From the human T2T-CHM13v2.0 reference genome, Homo sapiens, in the NCBI RefSeq assembly GCF_009914755.1, contig NC_060933.1: a DNA stretch of 64,000 nt; one strand, given 5' to 3'. The notes beneath the pieces were generated by a model. The model was not told the DNA's origin. It was given only the letters and a program-made list of their open reading frames with translations, and did no database searches. How positions within the stretch are numbered: the first letter of the stretch is position 1; every line of letters begins with the position of its first letter. A program made the translations under genes and the position numbers. This document shows positions 1-12,500 of this stretch, one piece after another.

Positions 1-107
1 GCGATGTGTGTCCTCAACTAACAGAGTTGAACCTTTGTTTTGATACAACATTTTGGAAACACTCTTTTTGTAGAATCTGCAAGTGGATATTTGGATAGCT
101 TTGAAGG

Positions 108-124
108 TTTCGTTGGAAACGGGA
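108..124 (+). promoter_or_regulatory. CENP-B box, monomer A (representative; normally recurs in A, F, H and F' of each HOR)
   Basis: TTTCGTTGGAAACGGGA matches the CENP-B core NTTCGNNNNANNCGGGN. Other copies in this unit are at 962-978, 1300-1316 and 1642-1658. Confidence 0.95.
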
Positions 125-277
125 ATATCTTCATATAAAATCAAGACAGAAGCATTCTCAGAAACTTCTCTGTGATGTTTGCATTCAACTCATAGAGTTG
201 AACACTTCCCTTCATAGAGCAGGTTTGAAACACTCTTTTTGTAATATTTGGAAGTGGACATTTGCAGCGCTTTGAGG

Positions 278-295
278 CCTATGTTGAAAAAGGAA
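278..295 (+). promoter_or_regulatory. pJalpha-type site of A-class monomers (representative; monomers B, E, G, I, G')
   Basis: CCTATGTTGAAAAAGGAA occupies the position equivalent to the CENP-B box. Variants are CTATGGTGAGAAAGGAA (G), CTATGATGAAAAAGGAA (I) and CTATGGTAAGAAAGGAA (G'). Confidence 0.7.
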
Positions 296-449
296 ATATC
301 TTCTCCTAAAAACCAGACAGAAGCATTCTCAGAAACTTCCTTGTGATGTGTGTACTCAAGTAACAGAGTTGAACCTTACTTTTGACAGAGCCGTTTTGAA
401 ACAGTCTTTTTGTAGAATCTGGAAGTAGATATTTGGATACCTTTGAGGA

Positions 450-466
450 TTTCTTTGGAAACGGGA
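450..466 (+). other. Degenerate CENP-B box fixed in monomer C (representative)
   Basis: TTTCTTTGGAAACGGGA: the core TTCG reads TTCT in every C copy read. Confidence 0.9.
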
Positions 467-619
467 TATCTTCATATAAAATCTAGACAGAAGCATTCTC
501 AGAAACTTCTTTGTGCTGTATGTCCTCAATTAACAGAGTTGAACCTTTGTGTGGATACAGCATTTTGGAAACATTCCTTTAGTAGAATCTGCAAGTTGAT
601 ATTTAGATAGCTAGGAAGA

Positions 620-636
620 TTTCCTTGGAAACGGGA
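620..636 (+). other. Degenerate CENP-B box fixed in monomer D (representative)
   Basis: TTTCCTTGGAAACGGGA: the core TTCG reads TTCC in every D copy read. Confidence 0.9.
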
Positions 637-1853
637 ATATCTTCATATAAAATCTAGACGGAAGCATTCTCAGAAAGTGCTTTGTGATGTTTGCATTCAA
701 GTCACAGAGTTGAATGTTCCCTTTTATAGAGCAGGTTTGAAACACTCTTTCTGCACTACCTGGAAGTGGACATTTGGAGCGCTTTGAGGCCTATGTTGAA
801 AAAGGAAATATCTTCCCATAAAAACTAGACAGAAGCATTCTCAGAAACTTGTTTGTGATGTGTGTATTCAACTAACAGAGATGAACCTTTCTTTTTACAG
901 AGCAGTTTTGAAACACTCTTTTTGTGGAATCTGAAAGTGGATATTTGGATAGCTTTGAGGATTTCGTTGGAAACGGGATTACATATAAAATCTAGAGAGA
1001 AGCATTCTCAGGAACTTCTTTGTGATGTTTGCATTTAAGTCACAGAACTGAACATTCCCTTTCATAGAGCATGTTTGAAACACTCTTTCTGTAGTATCCG
1101 CAAGCGGACGTTTCAAGCGCTTTCAGGCCTATGGTGAGAAAGGAAATATCTTCAAGTAAAAACTAGACAGAAGCATTCTCAGAAACTTATTTGCCATGTG
1201 TGTTCTCAACTAACAGAGTTGAACCTTTGTTTGGATACGGCATTTTGGAAACACTCTTTTTGTAGAATCTGCAGGTGGATATTCGGATAGCTTTGAAGGT
1301 TTCGTTGGAAACGGGAATATCTTCATATAAAATCTAGACGGAAGCATTCTCAGAAACTGCTTTGTGATGTTTTCATTCAAGTCACAGAGTTGAATGTTCC
1401 CTTTTATAGAGCAGGTTTGAAACACTCTTTCTGCACTACCTGGAAGTGGACATTTGGAGCGCTTTGAGGCCTATGTTGAAAAAGGAAATATCTTCCCATA
1501 AAAACTAGACAGAAGCATTCTCAGAAACTTGTTTGTGATGTGTGTATTCAACTAACAGAGATGAACCTTTCTTTTTACAGAGCAGTTTTGAAACACTCTT
1601 TTTGTGGAATCTGAAAGTGGATATTTGGATAGCTTTGAGGATTTCGTTGGAAACGGGATTACATATAAAATCTAGAGAGAAGCATTCTCAGGAACTTCTT
1701 TGTGATGTTTGCATTCACGTCACAGAACTGAACATTCCCTTTCATAGAGCATGTTTGAAACACTCTTTCTGTAGTATCTGCAAACGGACATTTCAAGCAC
1801 TTTCAGGCCTATGGTAAGAAAGGAAATATCTTCAAATAAAAACTAGACAGAAG

Positions 1854-2874
1854 CATTCTCAGAAACTTATTTGCGATGTGTGTTCTCAACTAACAGAGTT
1901 GAACCTTTGTTTTGATACAACATTTTGGAAACACTCTTTTTGTAGAATCTGCAAGTGGATATTTGGATAGCTTTGAAGGTTTCGTTGGAAACGGGAATAT
2001 CTTCATATAAAATCAAGACAGAAGCATTCTCAGAAACTTCTCTGTGATGTTTGCATTCAACTCATAGAGTTGAACACTTCCCTTCATAGAGCAGGTTTGA
2101 AACACTCTTTTTGTAATATTTGGAAGTGGACATTTGCAGCGCTTTGAGGCCTATGTTGAAAAAGGAAATATCTTCTCCTAAAAACCAGACAGAAGCATTC
2201 TCAGAAACTTCCTTGTGATGTGTGTACTCAAGTAACAGAGTTGAACCTTACTTTGGACAGAGCCGTTTTGAAACAGTCTTTTTGTAGAATCTGGAAGTAG
2301 ATATTTGGATACATTTGAGGATTTCTTTGGAAACGGGATATCTTCATATAAAATCTAGACGGAAGCATTCTCAGAAAGTGCTTTGTGATGTTTGCATTCA
2401 AGTCACAGAGTTGAATATTCCCTTTTATGGAGCAGGTTTGAAACACTCTTTCTGCACTACCTGGAAGTGGACATTTGGAGCGCTTTGAGGCCTAAGATGA
2501 AAAAGGAAATATCTTCCCATAAAAACTAGACAGAAGCATTCTCAGAAACTTGTTTGTGATGTGTGTATTCAACTAACAGAGATGAACCTTTCTTTTTACA
2601 GAGCAGTTTTGAAACACTCTTTTTGTGGAATCTGAAAGTGAATATTTGGATAGCTTTGAGGATTTCGTTGGAAACGGGATTACATATAAAATCTAGAGAG
2701 AAGCATTCTCAGGAACTTCTTTGTGATGTTTGCATTCACGTCACAGAACTGAACATTCCCTTTCATAGAGCATGTTTGAAACACTCTTTCTGTAGTATCT
2801 GCAAACGGACATTTCAAGCGCTTTCAGGCCTATGGTAAGAAAGGAAATATCTTCAAATGAAAACTAGACAGAAG
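1854..2874 (+). repeat. 6-mer HOR variant (A-B-C-E-F-G', 1021 bp; lacks D and the 4-mer)
   Basis: Marker spacing 1542->2563 = 1021 bp. C runs directly into E via the D-type tail TCTAGACGGAAG at ~2354-2365. Confidence 0.9.
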
Positions 2875-5800
2875 CATTCTCAGAAACTTATTTGCGATGT
2901 GTGTCCTCAACTAACAGAGTTGAACCTTTGTTTTGATACATCATTTTAGAACCACTCTTTTTGTAGAATCTGCAAGTGGATATTTGGATAGCTTTGAAAG
3001 TTTCGTTGGAAATGGGAATATCTTCATATAAAATCAAGACAGAAGCATTCTCAGAAACTTCTCTGTGATGTTTGCATTCAACTCATAGAGTTGAACACTT
3101 CCCTTCGTAGAGCAGGTTTGAAACACTCTTTTTGTAATATCTGGAAGTGGACATTTGCAGCGCTTTGAGGCCTATGTTGAAAAAGGAAATATCTTCTCCT
3201 AAAAACCAGACAGAAGCATTCTCAGAAACTTCCTTGTGATGTGTGTACTCAAGTAACAGAGTTGAACCTTACTTTTGACAGAGCCGTTTTGAAACAGTCT
3301 TTTTGTAGAATCTGGAAGTAGATATTTGGATACCTTTGAGGATTTCTTTGGAAACGGGATATCTTCATATAAAATCTAGACAGAAGCATTCTCAGAAACT
3401 TCTTTGTGCTGTATGTCCTCAATTAACAGAGTTGAACCTTTGTGTGGATACAGCATTTTGGAAACATTCCTTTAGTAGAATCTGCAAGTTGATATTTAGA
3501 TAGCTAGGAAGATTTCCTTGGAAACGGGAATATATTCATATAAAATCTAGACGGAAGCATTCTCAGAAAGTGCTTTGTGATGTTTGCATTCAAGTCACAG
3601 AGTTGAATATTCCCTTTTATAGAGCATGTTTGAAACACTCTTTCTGCACTACCTGGAAGTGGACATTTGGAGCGCTTTGAGGCCTATGTTGAAAAAGGAA
3701 ATATCTTCCCATAAAAACTAGACAGAAGCATTCCCAGAAACTTGTTTGTGATGTGTGTATTCAACTAACAGAGATGAACCTTTCTTTTTACAGAGCAGTT
3801 TTGAAACACTCTTTTTGTGGAATCTGAAAGTGGATATTTGGATAGCTTTGAGGATTTCGTTGGAAACGGGATTACATATAAAATCTAGAGAGAAGCATTC
3901 TCAGGAACTTCTTTGTGATGTTTGCATTCAAGTCACAGAACTGAACATTCCCTTTCATAGAGCATGTTTGAAACACTCTTTCTGTAGTATCTGCAAGCGG
4001 ACGTTTCAAGCGCTTTCAGGCCTATGGTGAGAAAGGAAATATCTTCAAGTAAAAACTAGACAGAAGCATTCTCAGAAACTTATTTGCCATGTGTGTTCTC
4101 AACTAACAGAGTTGAACCTTTGTTTGGATACGGCATTTTGGAAACACTCTTTTTGTAGAATCTGCAGGTGGATATTCGGATAGCTTTGAAGGTTTCGTTG
4201 GAAACGGGAATATCTTCATATAAAATCTAGACGGAAGCATTCTCAGAAACTGCTTTGTGATGTTTTCATTCAAGTCACAGAGTAGAATGTTCCTTTTATA
4301 TACCAGGTTTCAGACACTCTTTCTGCACTATCTGGACGTGGACATTTGGAGCGCTTTGAGGCCTATGATGAAAAAGGAAATATCTTCCCATAAAAACTAG
4401 ACAGAAGCATTCTCAGAAACTTGTTTGTGATGTGTGTATTCAACTAACAGAGATGAACCTTTCTTTTTACAGAGCAGTTTTGAAACACTCTTTTTGTGGA
4501 ATCTGAAAGTGCATATTTGGATAGCTTTGAGGATTTCGTTGGAAACGGGATTACATATAAAATCTAGAGAGAAGCATTCTCAGGAACTTCTTTGTGATGT
4601 TTGCATTCAAGTCACAGAACTGAACATTCCCTTTCATAGAGCATGTTTGAAACACTCTTTCTGTAGTATCTGCAAACGGAGATTTCAAGCGCTTTCAGGC
4701 CTATGGTAAGAAAGGAAATATCTTCAAATAAAAACTAGACAGAAGCATTCTCAGAAACTTATTTGCGATGTGTGTCCTCAACTAACAGAGTTGAACCTTT
4801 GTTTTGATACAACATTTTGGAAACACTCTTTTTGTAGAATCTGCAAGTGGAGATTTGGATAGCTTTGAAGGTTTCGTTGGAAACGGGAATATCTTCATAT
4901 AAAATCAAGACAGAAGCATTCTCAGAAACTTCTCTGTGATGTTTGCATTCAACTCATAGAGTTGAACACTTCCCTTCATAGAGCAGGTTTGAAACACTCT
5001 TTTTGTAATATTTGGAAGTGGACATTTGCAGCGCTTTGAGGCCTATGTTGAAAAAGGAAATATCTTCTCCTAAAAACCAGACAGAAGCATTCTCAGAAAC
5101 TTCCTTGTGATGTGTGTACTCAAGTAAGAGAGTTGAACCTTACTTTGGACAGAGCCGTTTTGAAACAGTCTTTTTGTAGAATCTGGAAGTAGATATTTGG
5201 ATACCTTTGAGGATTTCTTTGGAAACGGGATATCTTCATATAAAATCTAGACAGAAGCATTCTCAGAAACTTCTTTGTGCTGTATGTCCTCAATTAACAG
5301 AGTTGAACCTTTGTGTGGATACAGCATTTTGGAAACATTCCTTTAGTAGAATCTGCAAGTTGATATTTAGATAGCTAGGAAGATTTCCTTGGAAACGGGA
5401 ATATCTTCATATAAAATCTAGACGGAAGCATTCTCAGAAAGTGCTTTGTGATGTTTGCATTCAAGTCACAGAGTTGAATATTCCCTTTTATAGAGCAGGT
5501 TTGAAACACTCTTTCTGCACTACCTGGAAGTGGACATTTGGAGCGCTTTGAGGCCTATGTTGAAAAAGGAAATATCTTCCCATAAAAACTAGACAGAAGC
5601 ATTCTCAGAAACTTGTTTGTGATGTGTGTATTCAACTAACAGAGATGAACCTTTCTTTTTACAGAGCAGTTTTGAAACACTCTTTTTGTGGAATCTGAAA
5701 GTGGATATTTGGATAGCTTTGAGGATTTCGTTGGAAACGGGATTACATATAAAATCTAGAGAGAAGCATTCTCAGGAACTTCTTTGTGATGTTTGCATTC

Positions 5801-8487
5801 AAGTCACAGAACTGAACATTCCCTTTCATAGAGCATGTTTGAAACACTCTTTCTGTAGTATCTGCAAGCGGACGTTTCAAGCGCTTTCAGGCCTATGCTG
5901 AGAAAGGAAATATCTTCAAGTAAAAACTAGACAGAAGCATTCTCAGAAACTTATTTGCCATGTGTGTTCTCAACTAACAGAGTTGAACCTTTGTTTGGAT
6001 ACGGCATTTTGGAAACACTCTTTTTGTAGAATCTGCAGGTGGATATTCGGATAGCTTTGAAGGTTTCGTTGGAAACGGGAATATCTTCATATAAAATCTA
6101 GACGGAAGCATTCTCAGAAACTGCTTTGTGATGTTTTCATTCAAGTCACAGAGTAGAATGTTCCCTTTTATATACCAGGTTTCAGACACTCTTTCTGCAC
6201 TATCTGGAAGTGGACATTTGGAGCGCTTTGAGGCCTATGATGAAAAAGGGAATATCTTCCCATAAAAACTAGACAGAAGCATTCTCAGAAACTTGTTTGT
6301 GATGTGTGTATTCAACTAATAGAGATGAACCTTTCTTTTTACAGAGCAGTTTTGAAACACTCTTTTTGTGGAATCTGAAAGTGCATATTTGGATAGCTTT
6401 GAGGATTTCGTTGGAAACGGGATTACATATAAAATCTAGAGAGAAGCATTCTCAGGAACTTCTTTGTGATGTTTGCATTCAAGTCACAGAACTGAACATT
6501 CCCTTTCATAGAGCATGTTTGAAACACTCTTTCTGTAGTATCTGCAAACGGAGATTTCAAGCGCTTTCAGGCCTATGGTAAGAAAGGAAATATCTTCAAA
6601 TAAAAACTAGACAGAAGCATTCTCAGAAACTTATTTGCGATGTGTGTCCTCAACTAACAGAGTTGAACCTTTGTTTTGATACAACATTTTGGAAACACTC
6701 TTTTTGTAGAATCTGCAAGTGGATATTTGGATAGCTTTGAAGGTTTCGTTGGAAACGGGAATATCTTCATATAAAATCAAGACAGAAGCATTCTCAGAAA
6801 CTTCTCTGTGATGTTTGCATTCAACTCATAGAGTTGAACACTTCCCTTCATAGAGCAGGTTTGAAACACTCTTTTTGTAATATTTGGAAGTGGACATTTG
6901 CAGCGCTTTGAGGCCTATGTTGAAAAAGGAAATATCTTCTCCTAAAAACCAGACAGAAGCATTCTCAGAAACTTCCTTGTGATGTGTGTACTCAAGTAAC
7001 AGAGTTGAACTTTACTTTGGACAGAGCCGTTTTAAACAGTCTTTTTGTAGAATCTGGAAGTAGATATTTGGATACCTTTGAGGATTTCTTTGGAAACGGG
7101 ATATCTTCATATAAAATCTAGACAGAAGCATTCTCAGAAACTTCTTTGTGCTGTATGTCCTCAATTAACAGAGTTGAACCTTTGTGTGGATACAGCATTT
7201 TGGAAACATTCCTTTAGTAGAATCTGCAAGTTGATATTTAGATAGCTAGGAAGATTTCCTTGGAAACGGGAATATCTTCATATAAAATCTAGACGGAAGC
7301 ATTCTCAGAAAGTGCTTTGTGATGTTTGCATTCAAGTCACAGAGTTGAATATTCCCTTTTATAGAGCAGGTTTGAAACACTCTTTCTGCACTACCTGGAA
7401 GTGGACATTTGGAGCGCTTTGAGGCCTATGTTGAAAAAGGAAATATCTTCCCATAAAAACTAGACAGAAGCATTCTCAGAAACTTGTTTGTGATGTGTGT
7501 ATTCAACTAACAGAGATGAACCTTTCTTTTTACAGAGCAGTTTTGAAACACTCTTTTTGTGGAATCTGAAAGTGGATATTTGGATAGCTTTGAGGATTTC
7601 GTTGGAAACGGGATTACATATAAAATGTAGAGAGAAGCATTCTCAGGAACTTCTTTGTGATGTTTGCATTCAAGTCACAGAACTGAACATTCCCTTTCAT
7701 AGAGCATGTTTGAAACACTCTTTCTGTAGTATCCGCAAGCGGACGTTTCAAGCGCTTTCAGGCCTATGGTGAGAAAGGAAATATCTTCAAGTAAAAACTA
7801 GACAGAAGCATTCTCAGAAACTTATTTGCCATGTGTGTTCTCAACTAACAGAGTTGAACCTTTGTTTGGATACGGCATTTTGGAAACACTCCTTTGTAGA
7901 ATCTGCAGGTGGATATTCGGATAGCTTTGAAGGTTTCGTTGGAAACGGGAATGTCTTCATATAAAATCTAGACGGAAGCATTCTCAGAAACTGCTTTGTG
8001 ATGTTTTCATTCAAGTCACAGAGTAGAATGTTCCCTTTTATATACCAGGTTTGAGACACCCTTTCTGCACTATCTGGAAGTGGACATTTGGAGCGCTTTG
8101 AGGCCTATGATGAAAAAGGAAATATCTTCCCATAAAAACTAGACAGAAGCATTCTCAGAAACTTGTTTGTGATGTGTGTATTCAACTAACAGAGATGAAC
8201 CTTTCTTTTTACAGAGCAGTTTTGAAACACTCTTTTTGTGGAATCTGAAAGTGGATATTTGGATAGCTTTGAGGATTTCGTTGGAAACGGGATTACATAT
8301 AAAATCTAGAGAGAAGCATTCTCAGGAACTTCTTTGTGATGTTTGCATTCACGTCACAGAACTGAACATTCCCTTTCATAGAGCATGTTTGAAACACTCT
8401 TTCTGTAGTATCTGCAAACGGACATTTCAAGCACTTTCAGGCCAATGGTAAGAAAGGAAATATCTTCAAATAAAAACTAGACAGAAG
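2875..8487 (+). repeat. Three 11-mer HORs (1871, 1872 and 1870 bp) carrying 1-bp deletions
   Basis: Marker spacings are 1192/679, 1192/680 and 1191/679. Deletions lie near 4291 (TCCTTTTATA), 7033 (TTTTAAACAG) and 7891 (CTCCTTTGTAG). Confidence 0.88.
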
Positions 8488-9508
8488 CATTCTCAGAAAC
8501 TTATTTGCGATGTGTGTTCTCAACTAACAGAGTTGAACCTTTGTTTTGATACAACATTTTGGAAACACTCTTTTTGTAGAATCTGCTAGTGGATATTTGG
8601 ATAGCTTTGAAGGTTTCGTTGGAAACGAGAATATCTTCATATAAAATCAAGACGGAAGCATTCTCAGAAACTTCTCTGTGATGTTTGCATTCAACTCATA
8701 GAATTGAATACTTCCCTTCATAGAGCAGGTTTGAAAAACTCTTTTTGTAATATTTGGAAGTGGACATTTGCAGCGCTTTGAGGCCTATGTTGAAAAAGGA
8801 AATATCTTCTCCTAAAAACCAGACAGAAGCATTCTCAGAAACTTCCTTGTGATGTGTGTACTCAAGTAACAGAGTTGAACCTTACTTTTGACAGAGCCGT
8901 TTTGAAACAGTATTTTTGTAGAATGTGGAAGTAGATATTTAGATACAATTGAGGATTTCTTTGGAAACGGGATATCTTCATATAAAATCTAGATGGAAGC
9001 ATTCTCAGAAAGTGCTTTGTGATGTTTGCATTCAAGTCACAGAGTTGAATATTCCCTTTTATAGAGCAGGTTTGAAACACTCTTTCTGCACTACCTGGAA
9101 GTGGACATTTGGAGCGCTTTGAGGCCTATGTTGAAAAAGGAAATATCTTCCCATAAAAACTAGACAGAAGCATTCTCAGAAACTTGTTTGTGATGTGTGT
9201 ATTCAACTAACAGAGATGAACCTTTCTTTTTACAGAGCAGTTTTGAAACACTCTTTTTGTGGAATCTGAAAGTGGATATTTGGATAGCTTTGAGGATTTC
9301 GTTCGAAACGGGATTACATATAAAATCTAGAGAGAAGCATTCTCAGGAACTTCTTTGTGATGTTTGCATTCACGTCACAGAACTGAACATTCCCTTTCAT
9401 AGAGCATGTTTGAAACACTCTTTCTGTAGTATCTGCAAACGGACATTTCAAGCGCTTTCAGGCCTATGGTAAGAAAGGAAATATCTTCAAATAAAAACTA
9501 GACAGAAG
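8488..9508 (+). repeat. Second 6-mer HOR variant (1021 bp), rich in private substitutions
   Basis: Spacing 8176->9197 = 1021 bp, with a C-to-E junction at ~8990-9010. Confidence 0.9.
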
Positions 9509-12500
9509 CATTCTCAGAAACTTATTTGCGATGTGTGTCCTCAACTAACAGAGTTGAACCTTTGTTTTGATACAACATTTTGGAAACACTCTTTTTGTAG
9601 AATCTGCAAGTGGAGATTTGGATAGCTTTGAAGGTTTCGTTGGAAACGGGAATATCTTCATATAAAATCAAGACAGAAGCATTCTCAGAAACTTCTCTGT
9701 GATGTTTGCATTCAACTCATAGAGTTGAACACTTCCCTTCATAGAGCAGGTTTGAAACACTCTTTTTGTAATATTTGGAAGTGGACATTTGCAGCGCTTT
9801 GAGGCCTATGTTGAAAAAGGAAATATCTTCTCCTAAAAACCAGACAGAAGCATTCTCAGAAACTTCCTTGTGATGTGTGTACTCAAGTAAGAGAGTTGAA
9901 CCTTACTTTTGACAGAGCCGTTTTGAAACAGTCTTTTTGTAGAATCTGGAAGTAGATATTTGGATACCTTTGAGGATTTCTTTGGAAACGGGATATCTTC
10001 ATATAAAATCTAGACAGAAGCATTCTCAGAAACTTCTTTGTGCTGTATGTCCTCAATTAACAGAGTTGAACCTTTGTGTGGATACAGCATTTTGGAAACA
10101 TTCCTTTAGTAGAATCTGCAAGTTGATATTTAGATAGCTAGGAAGATTTCCTTGGAAACGGGAATATCTTCATATAAAATCTAGACGGAAGCATTCTCAG
10201 AAAGTGCTTTGTGATGTTTGCATTCAAGTCACAGAGTTGAATATTCCCTTTTATAGAGCCGGTTTGAAACACTCTTTCTGCACTACCTGGAAGTGGACAT
10301 TTGGAGCGCTTTGAGGCCTATGTTGAAAAAGGAAATATCTTCCCATAAAAACTAGACAGAAGCATTCTCAGAAACTTGTTTGTGATGTGTGTATTCAACT
10401 AACAGAGATGAACCTTTCTTTTTACAGAGCAGTTTTGAAACACTCTTTTTGTGGAATCTGAAAGTGGATATTTGGATAGCTTTGAGGATTTCGTTGGAAA
10501 CGGGATTACATATAAAATCTAGAGAGAAGCATTCTCAGGAACTTCTTTGTGATGTTTGCATTCACGTCACAGAACTGAACATTCCCTTTCATAGAGCATG
10601 TTTGAAACACTCTTTCTGTAGTATCTGCAAGCGGACGTTTCAAGCGCTTTCAGGCCTATGGTGAGAAAGGAAATATCTTCAAATAAAAACTAGACAGAAG
10701 CATTCTCAGAAACTTATTTGCCATGTGTGTTCTCAACTAACAGAGTTGAACCTTTGTTTTGATACGGCATTTTGGAAACACTCTTTTTGTAGAATCTGCA
10801 AGTGGATATTAGATAGCTTTGAAGGTTTCGTTGGAAACGGGAATATCTTCAAATAAAATCTAGACGGAAGCATTCTCAGAAACTGCTTTGTGATGTTTTC
10901 ATTCAAGTCACAGAGTAGAATGTTCCCTTTTATATACCAGGTTTGAGACACTCTTTCTGCACTATCTGGAAGTGGACATTTGGAGCGCTTTGAGGCCTAT
11001 GATGAAAAAGGAAATATCTTCCCATAAAAACTAGACAGAAGCATTCTCAGAATCTTGTTTGTGATGTGTGTATTCAACTAACAGAGATGAACCTTTCTTT
11101 TTACAGAGCAGTTTTGAAACACTCTTTTTGTGGAATCTGAAAGTGGATATTTGGATAGCTTTGAGGATTTCGTTGGAAACGGGATTACATATAAAATCTA
11201 GAGAGAAGCATTCTCAGGAACTTCTTTGTGATGTTTGCATTCACGTCACAGAACTGAACATTCCCTTTCATAGAGCATGTTTGAAACACTCTTTCTGTAG
11301 CATCTGCAAACGGACATTTCAAGCGCTTTCAGGCCTATGGTAAGAAAGGAAATATCTTCAAATGAAAACTAGACAGAAGCATTCTCAGAAACTTATTTGC
11401 GATGTGTGTCCTCAACTAACAGAGTTGAACCTTTGTTTTGATACAACATTTTGGAAACACTCTTTTTGTAGAATCTGCAAGTGGATATTTGGATAGCTTT
11501 GAAGGTTTCGTTGGAAACGGGAATATCTTCATATAAAATCAAGACAGAAGCATTCTCAGAAACTTCTCTGTGATGTTTGCATTCAACTCATAGAGTTGAA
11601 CACTTCCCTTCATAGAGCAGGTTTGAAACACTCTTTTTGTAATATTTGGAAGTGGACATTTGCAGCGCTTTGAGGCCTATGTTGAAAAAGGAAATATCTT
11701 CTCCTAAAAACCAGACAGAAGCATTCTCAGAAACTTCCTTGTGATGTGTGTACTCAAGTAACAGAGTTGAACCTTACTTTTGACAGAGCCGTTTTGAAAC
11801 AGTCTTTTTGTAGAATCTGGAAGTAGATATTTGGATACCTTTGAGGATTTCTTTGGAAACGGGATATCTTCATATAAAATCTAGACAGAAGCATTCTCAG
11901 AAACTTCTTTGTGCTGTATGTCCTCAATTAACAGAGTTGAACCTTTGTGTGGATACAGCATTTTGGAAACATTCCTTTAGTAGAATCTGCAAGTTGATAT
12001 TTAGATAGCTAGGAAGATTTCCTTGGAAACGGGAATATCTTCATATAAAATCTAGACGGAAGCATTCTCAGAAAGTGCTTTGTGATGTTTGCATTCAAGT
12101 CACAGAGTTGAATATTCCCTTTTATAGAGCAGGTTTGAAACACTCTTTCTGCACTACCTGGAAGTGGACATTTGGAGCGCTTTGAGGCCTATGTTGAAAA
12201 AGGAAATATCTTCCCATAAAAACTAGACAGAAGCATTCTCAGAAACTTGTTTGTGATGTGTGTATTCAACTAACAGAGATGAACCTTTCTTTTTACAGAG
12301 CAGTTTTGAAACACTCTTTTTGTGGAATCTGAAAGTGGATATTTGGATAGCTTTGAGGATTTCGTTGGAAACGGGATTACATATAAAATCTAGAGAGAAG
12401 CATTCTCAGGAACTTCTTTGTGATGTTTGCATTCAAGTCACAGAACTGAACATTCCCTTTCATAGAGCATGTTTGAAACACTCTTTCTGTAGTATCTGCA

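Larger units (their letters stand above)
1..1853 (+). repeat. 11-mer HOR (5' truncated by window) with an I/E hybrid ninth monomer
   Basis: Order is A,B,C,D,E,F,G,H, then a monomer at ~1345-1515 with an I-type head (AAACTGCTTTGTGATGTTTTCATT) and an E-type body (TATAGAGCAGG, CACTACCTGG, CTATGTTG), then F',G'. Confidence 0.85.

Noticed and set aside
146-147. TATAAAA TATA-like motifs just downstream of each box (e.g. ~134-140) as promoters
   Set aside because: They are an intrinsic part of the AT-rich alphoid consensus. Sequence alone gives no support for promoter function, although centromeric transcription exists.
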